Numbered from the stretch's first letter, positions 1 to 14,274 are shown. The stretch is 64,000 nt of DNA from Nemertoderma westbladi (GCA_032718475.1 JAUCBJ010006736.1:11044-75043); one strand, 5' to 3'. Numbers and translations are program-made. The notes: a model not told the origin generated them from the letters alone.

Positions 1-415
1 CTCAATCACACAATTAACATGAATAAGCATTTAAAACAGTATTGTAATAAAGTATAGAGTATAGTTTAATAAATGAATAACAGTGGTTACCATAGGTATC
101 ATTTTTAAAACATTGTTATAAAAAAAACAATCTCGTTTTTTCCACTTCTGAACAAAACCATAATATTACACAATATAAAATCAAAGACCCATTGCCCACT
201 TAGCTCAAATGTGATTTATTTGGAGAGTCAAGTAGTGAACGAAGATCTAGCATATAGTCTATGCTCATCGGACTCAACTATTAGACTATTATCAGCCTTA
301 TCACCACTTTTGCTTCATATTAAATGTAAATGTTTTAGATAAACAAAGAAAAGTTAGGCCTAATGGTAGAGGGATATTAACGGATATACTGTATATTTTA
401 TATTATTAATTATTA

Positions 416-1305
416 ATGTTGGTTCCCAATTTATCATTTAAACTTAAGCTGCATCTGTTTAATTCTCTTATCCGTCCTATATTAATGTACTCCTGCGAAG
501 TTTGGGGTTTTCATAATTCGGATGCTATTAATCGGATCGTTCTAAAATTTCTTAAATTTATACTCGGCGTCAAGACTTCGACACCCGATTTTATGGTGTA
601 TGGTGAAACTGGTTGTTTTCCGCTCTCAATTTCCAGAAAACTTAGTATTATTAAGTATTGGATTCGTATTTTGAATCTCCCTAACTACCGTCTCGTTAAG
701 AAGGCCTATCTTCTCCAACTTCATGACTGCTTGGTTTTCAGTTCAGTTAACTGGGCCTCCAATGTTCGGGACCTTCTAGGATCCTTAGGCTTCCGGGAAA
801 TTTGGGACAACCAGTACGTAGAACACCAAACCCTATTCTTAGCAGAGCTCAGGACACGACTCCAAGATAATTATATCCAACAGTGGTGGTCACTAGTGAG
901 TTCTTCTCCCAAATCGCTGCTCTACGTTAAGTATTTGTTCCAGGAGGAATCCTACCTGAATGTTCTACACAGGTACCCCAGACTCTGTCGCTCGCTTGCG
1001 AGATTCCGTACATCATCTCACTCCCTAATGATCGAGCAAGGTAGATGGAATAGCACACCCCGTAATGAACGTTATTGCCCTGTCTGTATGTTTGCGGTTA
1101 TTGAGGATGAAATCACTTTTTGCTAAAATGCCCAGTCTATCAGGATCTCAGAGTAATTCATTTGTCTGCTCGTTACCACGGAAACCCCACATTAAATAAA
1201 TATAAAGACTTAGTAGGCTCAAACTCTATTGAAAAAATCAAATGTCTGGCAATTTTTTTGGCAAAGGCGTCCCAACGGCGCGATAAAATTTTACAACCAC
1301 ATTAG
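416..1305 (+). pseudogene. 3' fragment of a non-LTR retrotransposon ORF2 (RTEX-like, C-terminal zinc-binding region), frameshifted
   Basis: Motifs LFNSLIRPILMYSCEVWG and RFRTSSHSLMIEQGRW..RYCPVC..IEDE, continued by HFLLKCPVY.DLR in another frame (frameshift near 1112-1120). Confidence 0.8.
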
Positions 1306-2046
1306 AACGCGGTTTCGGGTAACTTTTTCAGTTGTTTTATATTTATGTTTTCATGTTCTATGTACATTACTTTATAAATTACAATACGTGCATATCTTTA
1401 CCGTACTGCTGACACTGGTTTACCGGTCTTACATTCTTTAGTATTTTCTTCAGTTTGTTTACTTGTAAAATCTAACAATAATGGCTACATTTGAGCATGT
1501 TGTAGTAATAAATAGAAATTGAAAAATGTTATTACCGGTAGTATTAATATCACAATCACACTAGAGGCACACTGGAAATTAAATTTTGATCAAGTTTACC
1601 ATTATAAATTACAAAATTAAACTTAAAAGTGAAAGGAGCAGCTTATCGAGGTGGGTCTAACCAAAACAATAAATATATGATTACTAAAACAAATTACGAA
1701 TTAAGGAAAATGAGCAGGATTCAGAAGCATGGCTTTATAACCAAAACAATAAATGATAACAATAAGTGTACAAGCACTGAAACAAGATGTACAGTAAAAT
1801 GTGGGTGCCTTTAATGTGATCTTGTGACGTGCCACTTTCATTACATACTATCAGTATATTATTAGTTACAAAATATTATCATAGCGTGGGTCCAACTTTC
1901 CTACAACAACTACCTATTAGCTCTAGAAAGAGGACGTTTCGTAATGAACATTATTATTAGCGTATATTACAGTAATATATTAAAGTGCCTCATTTTTAGT
2001 TTCAGATGACTGCTTACTACGTGAGATCATATATATTGAATCTATG

Positions 2047-2234
2047 ACTGAAACTGTAACAGAAACTGAAATGCTCAATTTTGTAATACTGAAACTGTAA
2101 CTGTAACTGAAATGTTACACTTTGTAATACTGAAACTGTAACTGTAACTGAAATGCAAAACTTTGAATACTGAAACTGTAACTGTAACTGAAATGCAAAA
2201 CTTTGAATACTGAAACTGTAACTGTAACTGAAAT
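2047..2234. repeat. Tandem repeat, 40-41 bp unit, about 4.5 copies
   Basis: TACTGAAACTGTAACTGTAACTGAAATG recurs at 2087, 2128 and 2168, with a variant at 2208. Confidence 0.9.
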
Positions 2235-4109
2235 TAGTCAAAATTGATTCAGTTCTCAACACTACCTGTAACCCGGTTCTGCTATACTTCACAGGGCCCT
2301 TTCAAAATGCAAACTAATAGACATTATATGCAAAACACACTGTTCAAATTAATGGCACATGTCCCCGTCATGTACCTGTAATCATGTAGAAATAATGAAC
2401 ACTTAGTGACAAACCTGCCTATTAATTTATAGCCCAGGGTCTTGTAATTAATTAAGGGCTATCTTAACTATCTTAATAGAAAAGTTTAAATAAAATAGTA
2501 ATAAAATGTTAATAATGCTTCACAAGAGAAAAATTGACGATGGGGGGGGGGGGGGGGGGGGGGGGTGTGTGTTGCAGATCGTTAAGTAAACTCAACTCCA
2601 AGGTCACTGCACGAGCATTACGTAAGTGCTACAATAACACTTATATAAGGAGATATGTAGTAGGCCCTAGGCCTCTATACATCAACATCATACATACCTG
2701 TGTCTATCTAAAGCAGCGATAAATACAAGATTTAGTAAATTTAATAGATTATATAAAATATCAAATGTCACTTTGATGTCACTCAAAATGTCACTTATAA
2801 ATCGAAACATCAAGTTTCAAATTAAATTAAAAGCAGATATACATATAAAATAACCTTTAGTCTAAATAATAAGAGTTATGGCCTTATGGGAACTATAAAA
2901 AGCCAATATATAAATCATCACTACCCGCCAAACAGTGGAGCAGAATGGAGACAAGCAATTGGTCCATTACGTAACACAAAAGCAAGTTGAGTCATTAGCC
3001 AATCATATTAGATCAGTAACTCCATTCTCTGTAGACGGCCTATTTCCTGCTGCTGTACATTTTTGTGATACACTAGGAGTGGCCAAAGTGCCTAAGCTTG
3101 CCAGTTTCCCTATTAATCCCGTCCATGTGCTGGGAGTGAAACACCCCACGCCCACATAGGGACATACATACTCACTCATAGCGTTGATTCTTGAATCACT
3201 CATAATGTGGAAACTCACTACAAATTTATGTCTGAGTGTAGAGAGAGAATGGTGTAATGATGGTATAATGAATACACACAAATTATACGTACAATGAACG
3301 TTGAATTGAATGTCTACTGAACTGGAACCAAACAATTTTATCAATTTTAAACAATTTTAGCGAAACCGTGAACAGTATGGACATTTGGGGGGGGGGGGGG
3401 GGGGGGGGGGTGGGGTTGGACGCAATTCCCATCGCGGCGAACTAATTCCTTGTCCCAATGTTAAATTAAGGGACTAGAACAGCCCCCCCCCCCCCCCCCC
3501 CCCCCTCCCCCCATTAGGTCATTAATTATTATTGAAATTAATCTTATTTACACAAATGTTACGGTTTTGTAAAGTTTGACGGAGATATAATGTTGTCGAT
3601 TATATTGTGCCGTAAATTTGTGACTGTCCGACTGTTGTTCTTTTAAAATACTAATTTTCTTAAAATATGCAAACCAGCATAAAGCGGCGAGATATTTATT
3701 ATATGTACATACTGCACTGGCCTACAGTACCCGCATCAATGTTAAATTGTAAATTAAGGGAAAGGAGCAGGTTACAGTAGCGCATTATTCTAACCAAAAC
3801 AATAAACTAATGTCAATAGAAAAGATAACAGTCATCTGTTATTTGCGTCGATTTTCAGTGTATACTAAGTTTTTGATGTTATATTTCACCTCCATGTGAA
3901 TAATACCACGCTTTTATAAAAACCCAGTGTATTGAAGGGCTGAAGATAACCAAAACAAAAAACAAACTAGTAAATAGAGGAGAAGTTATACTTATAAGAC
4001 ATAATTATATATATTAAAGAATCACGCCATGGTGTCGGCACAGTAAAAAAGCAACAAAATATAATTAAATACACAACACAGCACAGCACAGTTTGTGTAA
4101 ACATTCTTA

Positions 4110-5770
4110 GACTTTTCACTTTCAGACATTTCGCCCTCTAGCGGCATATTTTAAAAACTGCATGCGGATCAGCGCCTACAAAAAGTTACAGCTGCTGGTG
4201 TTTAGTACCTGTCTAGAAAGTTTTAGTTTGAATTAAAAACAAACAAATGGAAGAAGTTTTTTAATCTTTAGAAATATGGCCCTCTTCCGGGAGTCTTTTG
4301 AAGTGATGGTGTCTGAAAGTTTATTAAAAATTAAAACTTTTGGTCTTATTGACTCGACAGCTTTAAATCCGACAAAGTTATTAGTTTGTCAAAATGGTAA
4401 CGACAACAACGACGACATAATTTGCTATTATTAATCCACCCCCTGACAGTGTCAGTTCGCAAAGGCTTTGTCTACTACAGTACGTTGCTCGCCCCATAAT
4501 TAATTATAAATTAAAACTGCTCACTTTTAGTTATATCAATCATTTCGCACTACCGGTACTGACGTACTGGCCCTTGGCCTAAACCTTAAATCATATCAAT
4601 TATCACCCTTAAGCATACACGAAGTGGGGTCTTCGCGCAGGGCGCAGCACGTGACATAAAGTGTGTAAATAAAGTGTTTCGAAAGAAATATAAACACAAT
4701 CTAAACAGATGCCCCCTAATCACTTTACCACCTGTGTAAAGTAGAGGCAGAGTGGGTAACAGTCGATTTAAAGACCTCACAAAAACTCTGTCTAGGTCTA
4801 GAATATTATGTGCCAAGTATCAATCAGGAAGAAAAGATTATAAACAATAATACGAAATGGCTGAAGGTTTTCATTTCAGGCCACTAGCGGTAGACTGGAG
4901 AACTGCTGAAGGATTATGGTCCCAACCAACCTGTGGACGGTCTCAAGTCTCAACGTTCTAGCATGTAAATAACGGAATTAGATAATGTTTTCAATTCAGA
5001 TATTTCGACCTCTAGCGGCAAACTGTGGAAGTGGAGATGGGAGAACTGTCCCACAAAAAAGTAGCCAGTTTTCTAGTACATATATGCCAAATTTAATCTT
5101 AAACGGTTTGTAAAATTAAGGAATATGGTGGAAGGTTTTTCACTTTCAGTCATTTCGCCCTCTAGCGGCAGACTGGAGAACTGCAGTCCGCTTACAGAAT
5201 TCCATAAAGACACAGGATGTATTCTAGCACATATCTGACAAGTTTCAGCTTGAACGGATAATAAATAACGTAATGGGTAAAGGATTTCACTCTTACTTCA
5301 TATCGACAATTCGCCCTCTCGCCCTCTAGGGGGAAAATCTCCCGCTAGATAGCTACACATGTCTAAATATTACGCTGAAACTTGGCAGATATATACTAGA
5401 CAACTAACTGTGTCTTTAAATTGAGACTAACACGTCTGCATTACTCCAGTCCGCCGCTAGAGTGCAAAATGTCTGAAAGTAAAAACCGTATCCCATTACA
5501 TTCCTTGTAATCGATTTAAGCTGAAACTTGACATAAACTAGACGAAAGGTTGCGTCTCTGTGGGGAAGGTGGTCCATCTACAATTCTAAAGTCGCTTGAG
5601 GGTAAAATGTCTCAAAGTAACAAGCGTCTCTCATTTTGTTGTCTCATCAGTTCAAGCAGAAACTTGGCACATGTACGTAACAGACCATCCATAGGCTGCG
5701 TCTTTGGGGAACCCCAATCCATCTGCAGTGCTCAAGTCTACCACTAGAGGGGGAAATTTATAAAATGAAA
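4110..5770. repeat. Degenerate dispersed repeat region with recurrent CGCCCTCTAGCGGCA motif (probably non-autonomous DNA/Helentron-type element)
   Basis: Motif or variants at about 4132, 4880, 5007, 5156, 5320, inverted at about 5452 and 5741; related copies at about 44424 and 44565. Confidence 0.5.
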
Positions 5771-6646
5771 CCCTTCCGGCACTTCGTATCGTATTATCGT
5801 TTATAATCCTTTCTTTTTCATATCTTCCTTCCTGGCACCTATTTCTAGACCTCTGGCTGTGTTTTTGAGAGGTCTTAAAGTAGACCATTGAACACAGATT
5901 GCGAATTTTTGCAATCTCCCATATCACAGCTCTTGGCCTAATCAACGAAATCCAGACATTGTTACATATTTCGAATCCTTGCTTAATGATATATGAGATA
6001 AAGAAATCGTGGCGAATGTATAAATGGAGGTAGAATAAAACGTCTGTCCTTATCTGATCTGATCTGACGGCATCTGATCCTATAACCAATCAGGAGAAAG
6101 ATATATAATATTTACCTAACTGTCTGTTAGGTAAATAGCCAATATTGTATCACGTTCAAGTTGCCCTGTTATGTATCAGTATCATCACATGACATAGCAG
6201 TATACAGGCATACCGGTATACAGCCAATGCACCAAGGCATGTTATTATATATTAAAAATGCGATATAGGATGAAGGATGGCGGGTATGAAAGTTGTGTGA
6301 TTGCCCCAGCAGAGATGAATAGTTTCAGATGTAAACAACTTTCGTAGTTTAGTTTGAAAAAATAAACATTTATTAAAAACAATACAGCCTTTCTGCCTTT
6401 GCTGCAATATTTTACTAATCTTTCTTGTTAATAGTTATCAATATTAATACTGTAATAGTTGTTAATTATATAAATTATAATTAATATTATTAATATTATT
6501 AAATAATGATACTTATTATATAGTTAGTATATTACATTAAAAATATTTATTGTTTATTTGTTACGTTGAAGGGAAGGCAGGAAGGGGTACAGTTAGTATC
6601 TCTGTGCAGTACTGTACTGCCGAATATGGCGAATCGCTTAACATGC

Positions 6647-6909
6647 CCCAGTAAAAAATCCCCTTGCGTATCGCATTCGTGCCACATGCAGCATTCGTAT
6701 AATGTGCGGGAAACATTCGTATAAGATTACGGACGCATTCGTAGAAGTGCGGGATTCGAATAAGGTTCGTAATAGATTCGATATGCGAATAAAGGATGCG
6801 TATTTGGTTCGGTTTTCGCATTCGTATCGCATGGTTCATCTATGTAACATTTGTGAATGCGTGAAATATGCGCCGTCCCATGCGTTACGAATGCGGATTT
6901 TTTACTGGG
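6647..6909. mobile_element. MITE, CCC-terminal (EnSpm/CACTA-like)
   Basis: 15-bp TIR CCCAGTAAAAAATCC / GGATTTTTTACTGGG; 2-bp GC flanks on both sides; internal GCATTCGTA repeats. Confidence 0.8.
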
Positions 6910-7409
6910 GCCCCATATTACCCTGATTGCAGCTGATACCACGGAGTTTATACCCAGACGATGAAGAAAGATGGGAAGGTGGGTGGGAATGTGGGAATCA
7001 ATAAACGATGTTGTTACCTTCCAATTGAAGGAAAATATCACGTTACAGCGGCGGCAATTTCTAACCAAAACAATAAACGATGTTGTTGAAAATTTTCACC
7101 CACCGCTGAAAAATACAAGTTTCAGAATTCTCATCTCATGCAATTTTTACATATTCCATTGAATTCAGAACCCTCACAAATCCGTGTAACGCAAAAAACA
7201 AGGTGACACAATCAATTGCTATTGTTGATGGGTTTCAAAATTTTGTGCTAGCACCAAATTTTGCACCCATACTTCCGAAAATGCAAGTTTGAGATGTCTA
7301 GTCTGCTAGTTGTTAGATAAATATTTATTCCATTGAATTCAGAGCCCCCATCTGCCCATAAACCTCTAAAATGTAAGATATGAGTTGTCACAACACAACC
7401 AATTGACCC

Positions 7410-7652
7410 CCCCCCCCCCCCCCCGGGTTCCGGGTTAAAGGGTACCGGGGAAACTTCACATGCTGACATGGGCAGAAACCCCAGTACTCATTCAACTACC
7501 ATTCTGCCACTTAAGGATGAAAGGCAGAGATGCCTCGCTAAACCCTTCAGAACATTCGTGCCAAAACGAAAACTACCTTGGCCCCGATGCCGGGGTTGAA
7601 CCCACAACCTCCGAGAGATGTGAATTCAATATAACCACTACACCAAGGTGGG
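7410..7652 (-). mobile_element. tRNA-derived SINE remnant with Nin/Deu-like core
   Basis: Minus strand shows A-box TGGTGTAGTGG and B-box GGTTCAACCCC, then GCCTTTCATCCT...AATGAGTAC resembling the Nin domain. Confidence 0.6.
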
Positions 7653-8283
7653 CTCTGAACCAAGGTGGAACAAGTGTCACCAGATACCGTCAAATCAGAT
7701 AAGGACAGACGTTTTAGCCATCCTAGTATAAATGGTTAAGCTTAAGATACAAAGGGTGCGATTTCACTGATAACAGACTTTTTAAAACGCCTTTAAAATA
7801 ATTGGAAGAGAAAATCAACAATTATTTCGATAAATTTAGAATAAGTGTAAAGGTATCAGGCCATATGGCGCCTTTGGGTTTGAAGGGTACCTAGAAAAAA
7901 TGTAACATTTTCTACTGAGAGCCATCGTTTATAAAAAAAAAAGTAGGGACTATACCTAAAATTCCGTACATAAGACGCCAATTTTTCAAAATTTGGCTCG
8001 TTTTTTTCAAATTTATTTCTTTTGAAATTTTTTTTTCCCAGAATTCCATACTAGTCTACTGTACCATAATATCCCCACTTCCACTAGACAATAATTATAT
8101 GTAGATTCCGAACATTCTACATAAATCTCAAACGTTTCGGCTCAATGCAGTTTTGGGTACCTTCAATTATTATTACTTATAGTTAGTCAGACAGTTACCG
8201 GTACACTGTCATATCATACTACGGTCATAGGCCTATCATAACCGTATTCTTGTAAATATGGTTTGGTTTATTATTTTGGTTAG

Positions 8284-8437
8284 GGTTAGTTGGTCAGGCC
8301 TCAACCATAATTAAAACTGTCATGTAACCCTAACCCTAAGTCATAATCCAAGAAATTCCGCTAAATTTCTTAGATTATGACTTAAGGTTAGGGTTACATG
8401 ACAGTTTTAATTAGGGTTGAGGCCGCCACTACTAACC
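8284..8437. repeat. Foldback palindrome (about 60-70 bp arms) containing CCCTAA/TTAGGG hexamers
   Basis: 8297-8357 is a near-perfect reverse complement of 8364-8424. Confidence 0.85.
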
Positions 8438-9736
8438 AGCGAGTTTCATACAGTATAAAAACCAATGGTCGTGCAGGTACACCAAACTGAATATTCCCCA
8501 CGTTTCACCTGAATCCTAATCCTTCAAAACGATAAGCATTACAGCTTAAATAAAAGAAACCTTAAATAAAGAACCTTATATATAAACGGTCTTTGACTAC
8601 AAGCTCAGTTTACCGTACTCTTTTCGCGATATTCAGATATTGCGGAGTTAAATTTTTTCATGTTCCTTTTTCTCGAGATCTGTAAATCTTATTGAATGGG
8701 AAATGGGACCTACCGGTACTGCAGTAGGCTGGTGGGTACTGTCGACTGTCCGAACTGCCTAAGCCATATCTAAACTTACCTAAACAATTTGGTGCGGCAC
8801 TAGTCTTCTTTATGTTTGATTTGCAATAATCGATATCTTTAGCACTCATCCCTTCACGTCTGCCAGTCTGAACTTTCAGTTTATGAACATTCAACAGCTT
8901 GATTACAGAGTACAGTTACTGGTCTGCCGGTAGAATGTTATGTTGCAATTGTGAATTTTGATACAACAGCTCAGTATCTGTGGCTAGCTGGTAGTATCGG
9001 ACCGGTACATTGGTAGGCCTACTCTTACTCTACTTGCTGTTGCTACTAGCTGACTGCAGGACTATCAGACTATCGGCAGTTGCTGTAGCTGGTGCATAGG
9101 TAGAGCAGAATTCGATTTTAGCTTATTTGCTTCACCTATCTATATTATTCAGTTAGCCAACAGCTGAAGAAGCTAAACAACAAACCGTGCTCAATTTATT
9201 ACATCATAATATCAATGATTGATTAATCAATCATATTACTCAATTATAAACACTTTGACTGTCTTTGACGCACCGGTACGTCAAGTGGTAGACAATAGAT
9301 TGTGTCATGACGCATAAATCCGTCATTGATTCAAACTGTGATGTAGAGGAAATGGTCTGTGATTTGTTAAAATTTCATGTGCCACCTTGTGAACAGATCC
9401 CAAATTCATTTTGTGACATCATCCATGACGCATATATGCGTCATATGACCACTGCACAATGTCTTAAAAAATATAGAAAATATACCGAGATTCAGGATTT
9501 GGAGGCAACTAGATAGCTTTGTAATTGTGCCAGAATATGATGAAATCTATAATAAAGTTTTGGTGAGTGTGAAACAGAAAACACCAGGCACAACCCAAAG
9601 GCTCTTCTCTCTTGGCTGTTACATATGTAAATCAGGGATGTCGCCACACTAACTCCCAAGGGAGTACACTCCATAACTATCCAATACTTTTTTACTCCCC
9701 ACATAGAAGCCTGGTTTCCATTTTACCTCTGGCATT

Positions 9737-11149
9737 GCACAGACACACTAACCTTGCTTCAACAAAGCACCACCTGTCCTGTAGACACACCAACCTTGCC
9801 TCCCAGGACCACCCTGCAGACACACAAACCTTTCCTCCACCCACAAACCACCCTGCAGACACACCAACATTGCCTCCACCTAGCACCACCCTGCAGACAC
9901 ACCAACCTCGCCTTCACCCTGCAGACACACCAACCTTGCCTCCACCCAGCACCACCCTGCAGACACACAACCTCGCCTCCACCCTGCCGAAACACCAACC
10001 TTGCGTCCACCCAGCACCACCCTACAGACACACCAACCTTGCCTCCACCCATCACCACCCTGCAGACACACCAACCTGGCCTCCACCCAGCACCACCTTG
10101 CAGACACACCAACCTTGCCTCCACCCAGCACCACCCTGCAGACACACCACCTTGCCTCCACCCGTCACCACCCTGCAGACACACCAACCTTGCCTCCACC
10201 CAGCACCACCTTGCAGACACACCAACCTTGCCTCCACCCAGCACCACCCTGCAGACACACAACCTCGTCTCCACCCTGCGGAAACACCAACCTTGCGTCC
10301 ACCCAGCACCACCCTACAGACACACCAACCTTGCTTCCACCCATCACCACTCTGCAGACGCACCAACCTTGCCTCCACCCATCACCACCCTGCAGACACA
10401 CCAACCTGGCCTCCACCCAGCACCACCTTGCAGACACACCAAACTTGCCTCCACCCAGCACCACCCTGCAGACACACCACCTTGCCTCCACCCATCACCA
10501 CCCTGCAGACACACCAACCTGGCCTCCACCCAGCACCACCTTGCAGACACACCAACCTTGCCTCCACCCAGCACCACCCTGCAGACACACAACCTCGTCT
10601 CCACCCTGCGGAAACACCAACCTTGCGTCCACCCAGCACCACCCTACAGACACACCAACCTTGCCTCCACCCATCACCACCCTGCAGACACACCAACCTT
10701 GCCTCCACCCAGCACCACCCTGCAGACACACCACCTTGCCTCCACTCAGCACCACCCTGCAGACACACCAACCTTGCCTCCGCCCAGCACCACCCTGCAG
10801 ACACACCAACCTTGCCTCCACCCAGCACCACCCTGCAGACACACAACCTCGCCTCCACCCTGCAGAAACACCAACCTTGCGTCCACCCAGCACCACCCTA
10901 CAGACACACCAACCTTGCCTCCACCCATCACCACCCTGCAGACACACCAACCTTGCCTCCACCCAGCACCACCCTGCAGACACACCACCTTGCCTCCACC
11001 CAGCACCACCCTGCAGACACACCAACCTTGCCTCCACCCAGCACCACCCAGCAGACACACCAACCTTGCCTCCGCCCAGCACCTCCCTGCAGACACACCA
11101 ACCTTGCCTCCACCCAGCACCACCCTGCAGACACACCAGACACCCTGCA
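9737..11149. repeat. C/A-rich minisatellite, about 38-bp unit with shorter variants
   Basis: ACCACCCTGCAGACACACCAACCTTGCCTCCACCCAGC repeated more than 30 times; variants recur in higher-order blocks. Confidence 0.95.
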
Positions 11150-11912
11150 GTGTGGATTTTCTGCAACCTTTACAGGGATTTGATCCTACACTACTGGAAG
11201 GCACCAACTGGAATGGCGCATATATTTGCGTCACTGCCTCATTGTGGTGAACTGCCATTTGTCACGATTAAATTTTTTTTTACACATAAACACAACCTAT
11301 TTTATGGTTTTATAGCACTCAAAGTGAATGAAATCCCCATAATTTATAAATATAAGCGTGACAATTTGTGAGATTCCACACATATAAAGTGACAGTCAAA
11401 GTGTTAAATTACTATTACTTTATTTCCTGATTGGTTTTAATAGGGTACCTACTGTAGCAACGCCAGGTGGCAGGTGCTGGTTAAAAAATACTACATAAGT
11501 TACCGGTAATTATCGCAGTCCAGAAATAATCATTTTGACAGTATGATGAAAAACGAGATTGAAAAAACAATGCGGACCCGAAAACAAATAATGCATAATT
11601 AAACGGACAAAAAGGGTAACAACGTAATAAATGGACATAAATAATCACTGCCGTTAAATATCCATACAACTCAGTACAGATCTGAGCAAAACGAGCAACA
11701 ATGATCTACAACGAGCAACAAACAATGATCAAAAGAAGTAAAAAAAAGAAACAAAAGACCAAGATTAAGGATAAGGATAAGCAACAAGCAACAATGAAAC
11801 CAACAACAAGCAACAAACAATTAGCAGCAATTAGCAACAATGTGCAACAACGAGCAATGTTGAATAACAACAGCCAACAATAATGAGCAACAAAGAGGAA
11901 CAATGAGTCAAA

Positions 11913-12129
11913 GAAGCACGTCACCGGGCGTTGAACCAGAGTTATACGCACGTATCGGACTGCCACGCTTTCAGGCGACAACAGTACCGCCACTGTTTAA
12001 TACTGTAGAAGTGGTCTAGATAGGATGTCAAGTGTCATGGGAAAGTGGCTGAACTGGTTATCGCTACTGATGAGACTTGTCAGGCCAAACAGCGCTTATA
12101 GCGCTGGTCAACTCCCGGTGACGTGCTTC
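11913..12129. mobile_element. Small inverted-repeat element, possibly Penelope/retrozyme-derived
   Basis: Left arm GAAGCACGTCACCGGGCGTTGAACCAGAGTTATA; right arm reverse complement GAAGCACGTCACCGGGAGTTGACCAGCGCTATA; degenerate hammerhead-like core at 12062-12103. Confidence 0.55.
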
Positions 12130-13069
12130 CTAATTTTTTCAATTTCTGAAAAACATCATATTAAGGAATAACAATAAGCAACGCGGGAGTAATAATGGCC
12201 TAAAACGAGCAATAATGAGAAACAACTGGCATCAATGAGGATAAACGTTAATTGATATTGTTTTCGTTGGGCACAGCTTAGCAAATGAACAACCATGCTC
12301 AATATTCTTGCGATTCTACGGTTGCTCATTATTTCACGTCGTTCATTATTGTTGCTCGTTTTTTATTTGTCAACTCTTCGGATCTTTTCGTGGAATCTCG
12401 TTAATCCCGATTGCTGCAAAGCTATACAATATGGAATTCTACACAATCTTACAGTGCCAGAGCTAGTGCTTTCAATTTTAACCTCCGGTATTTTAGATGT
12501 TTTAAAACGGATTCTTGTTTTAACGCATTAAAAATTGGAACACTAATGAAATAAAGCAGTGAAAATCCCACCCCCGTGTGCGCAATGCAAAAATTTATGC
12601 AATAGTTGGCCTACGACAGTAAGGTACTGTATTAGGTCATAATAATTTACTGATTCGTGTACTGTAATTACGTTGTACTGTATAAAATGTATGTAATGTA
12701 CAGTACGTATATAGGCGCGGGCCTATAATTACAGTATATAGCAGTACATCTTTATCGTTGAGTTGGGCATTGTCACGCTCTAGGTTGTACAGAGTGTATT
12801 TACGTTTTATATCAGTTTTGAATTTGATATAGATTTGAATTTGAGATTAGTAGCGATTTTGTGTAACTTTGTATTTATATCGATATACGCCGCCAATCGG
12901 GGCAAACAGTAAAATCTAAATTAAATATAAAAGATTTGATGGAATAAAATACTATTTACACAGGTATCGGCTTAGGGGTGGTGATTACAGCATCGCAAGA
13001 TCTGTCAGTGTGGGAATCTCCGGGATCACTCCAGAGCGTGGCAAAGATTATCACCTAATACACACGGCT

Positions 13070-13230
13070 GTGTGGGGCGAGCCACGAAAGTAAGCGAGCT
13101 TAGCACACGGGTACCACTAGCACTAACTCAATCAGTGTGTCTGTCGTTCTGTTGCTCTGTCGCGTCAAACTTTTAAACGTTAATAACCTCGATGAAATCT
13201 AACCAAACTTGGTACACATGTTGTTTGGCA
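13070..13230. repeat. Dispersed repeat (HINE/Helentron-like end); second copy at about 43008-43170
   Basis: Both loci share TGTGGGGCGAGCCACGAA, a CTGTC microsatellite, TTTTAAACGTTAATAAC and CCAAACTTGGTACACATGTTG. Confidence 0.6.
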
Positions 13231-13935
13231 AAAGTTTAGAAATTTTCCAAGTAGAATTTTCGTGTGGCCTTCGAGAACCTAATATAAAAGCAGTTAATTA
13301 AGTTGATTACGGTAAAAAAAAACAGCATTTTTTGGCTGTCCTTTGATGGAAATTAATAATTTTCTACTATAAGATTTAAATAATTATAATTAAAATTATA
13401 CTGCTGGCATCCCCATTCCCCATTACATTATAGTTTTTAATTATTTCAAGTGATTTGCTTTAATAAATGTGTTTTTAATTGATCTAAATGTAATTAACTT
13501 ATAAAATGCCCCGTCTCTCCACACCCTATACTTCCGCAGCTCCCCCACTTTTATTATTAGGCTATTACCTAGCTGGGAACCAGTTCCACCTCACCACTTA
13601 AGGAGCCTGACTAATAAGCCAGCTTGCTTAACCCTTTATGTACCAAGACTTAAAAAAGGCTTTTTAATTAATTTATCTAATCGTAATTTATCTTTGGTAG
13701 GTTAATCTGCCTGTCACCAATTCTCTGTGCACCTTTAGGTTGGGGTGCCAGATTAAAAGGCGGGTTGAAGGGGAGGAACTTTCCCATCTTCTTTGCTTTA
13801 TCGGCGGTTCAGTTAAATTTCTTAAATACGCCGATTTTGTGATAAAATCGCTCAAATTTAATTATAGTATCTCATAACTTAGCCTCGTGCTGCGCGAAGG
13901 CCACACGAACGGGTCGTGCATTGAGTACAGACTGG

Positions 13936-14274
13936 TGTCGAGAAATGGGGGCGTTTACGGTAGTGTCTTGAGGAATGTTAATCCCATGGTTTGCGTTGTG
14001 TTTCGTTGGGAAAAGAAATGTTAATTCTCTTCATAGTCATATAAAACGTACATTTAAAATAGTAAGAGGTAGTAATTAACATTGAAGAAGTGCACAGCAC
14101 ACATGCAGATTGACTGACATTGTCAACTGAACGGCAGAAAAAGGCCTATACATACAGCAGAAGAGGTACCGGAACTTCCGGTGCACAATTACGGTAGCAA
14201 CAACAGACTAACTGAATAAGTAGGGTATACTTATACACAATTAAAGTTATACATACAGTATAAATTTTACGACA
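13936..14274 (-). repeat. 3' LTR of BEL/Pao element
   Basis: Matches 20094-20432; preceded on the minus strand by purine-rich CTTAGTGGCGGGAGTG (14275-14290, PPT). Confidence 0.95.

Noticed and set aside
2935-3344. Short ORFs as possible host exons
   Set aside because: No recognisable protein similarity or partner exons.
7582-7652. tRNA gene
   Set aside because: A and B boxes are present but there is no convincing cloverleaf, and it continues into a SINE-like body.
9612-11371. Long mucin-like ORFs in several frames
   Set aside because: They arise from a stop-poor minisatellite; all three plus frames are open and unit lengths are not multiples of three.
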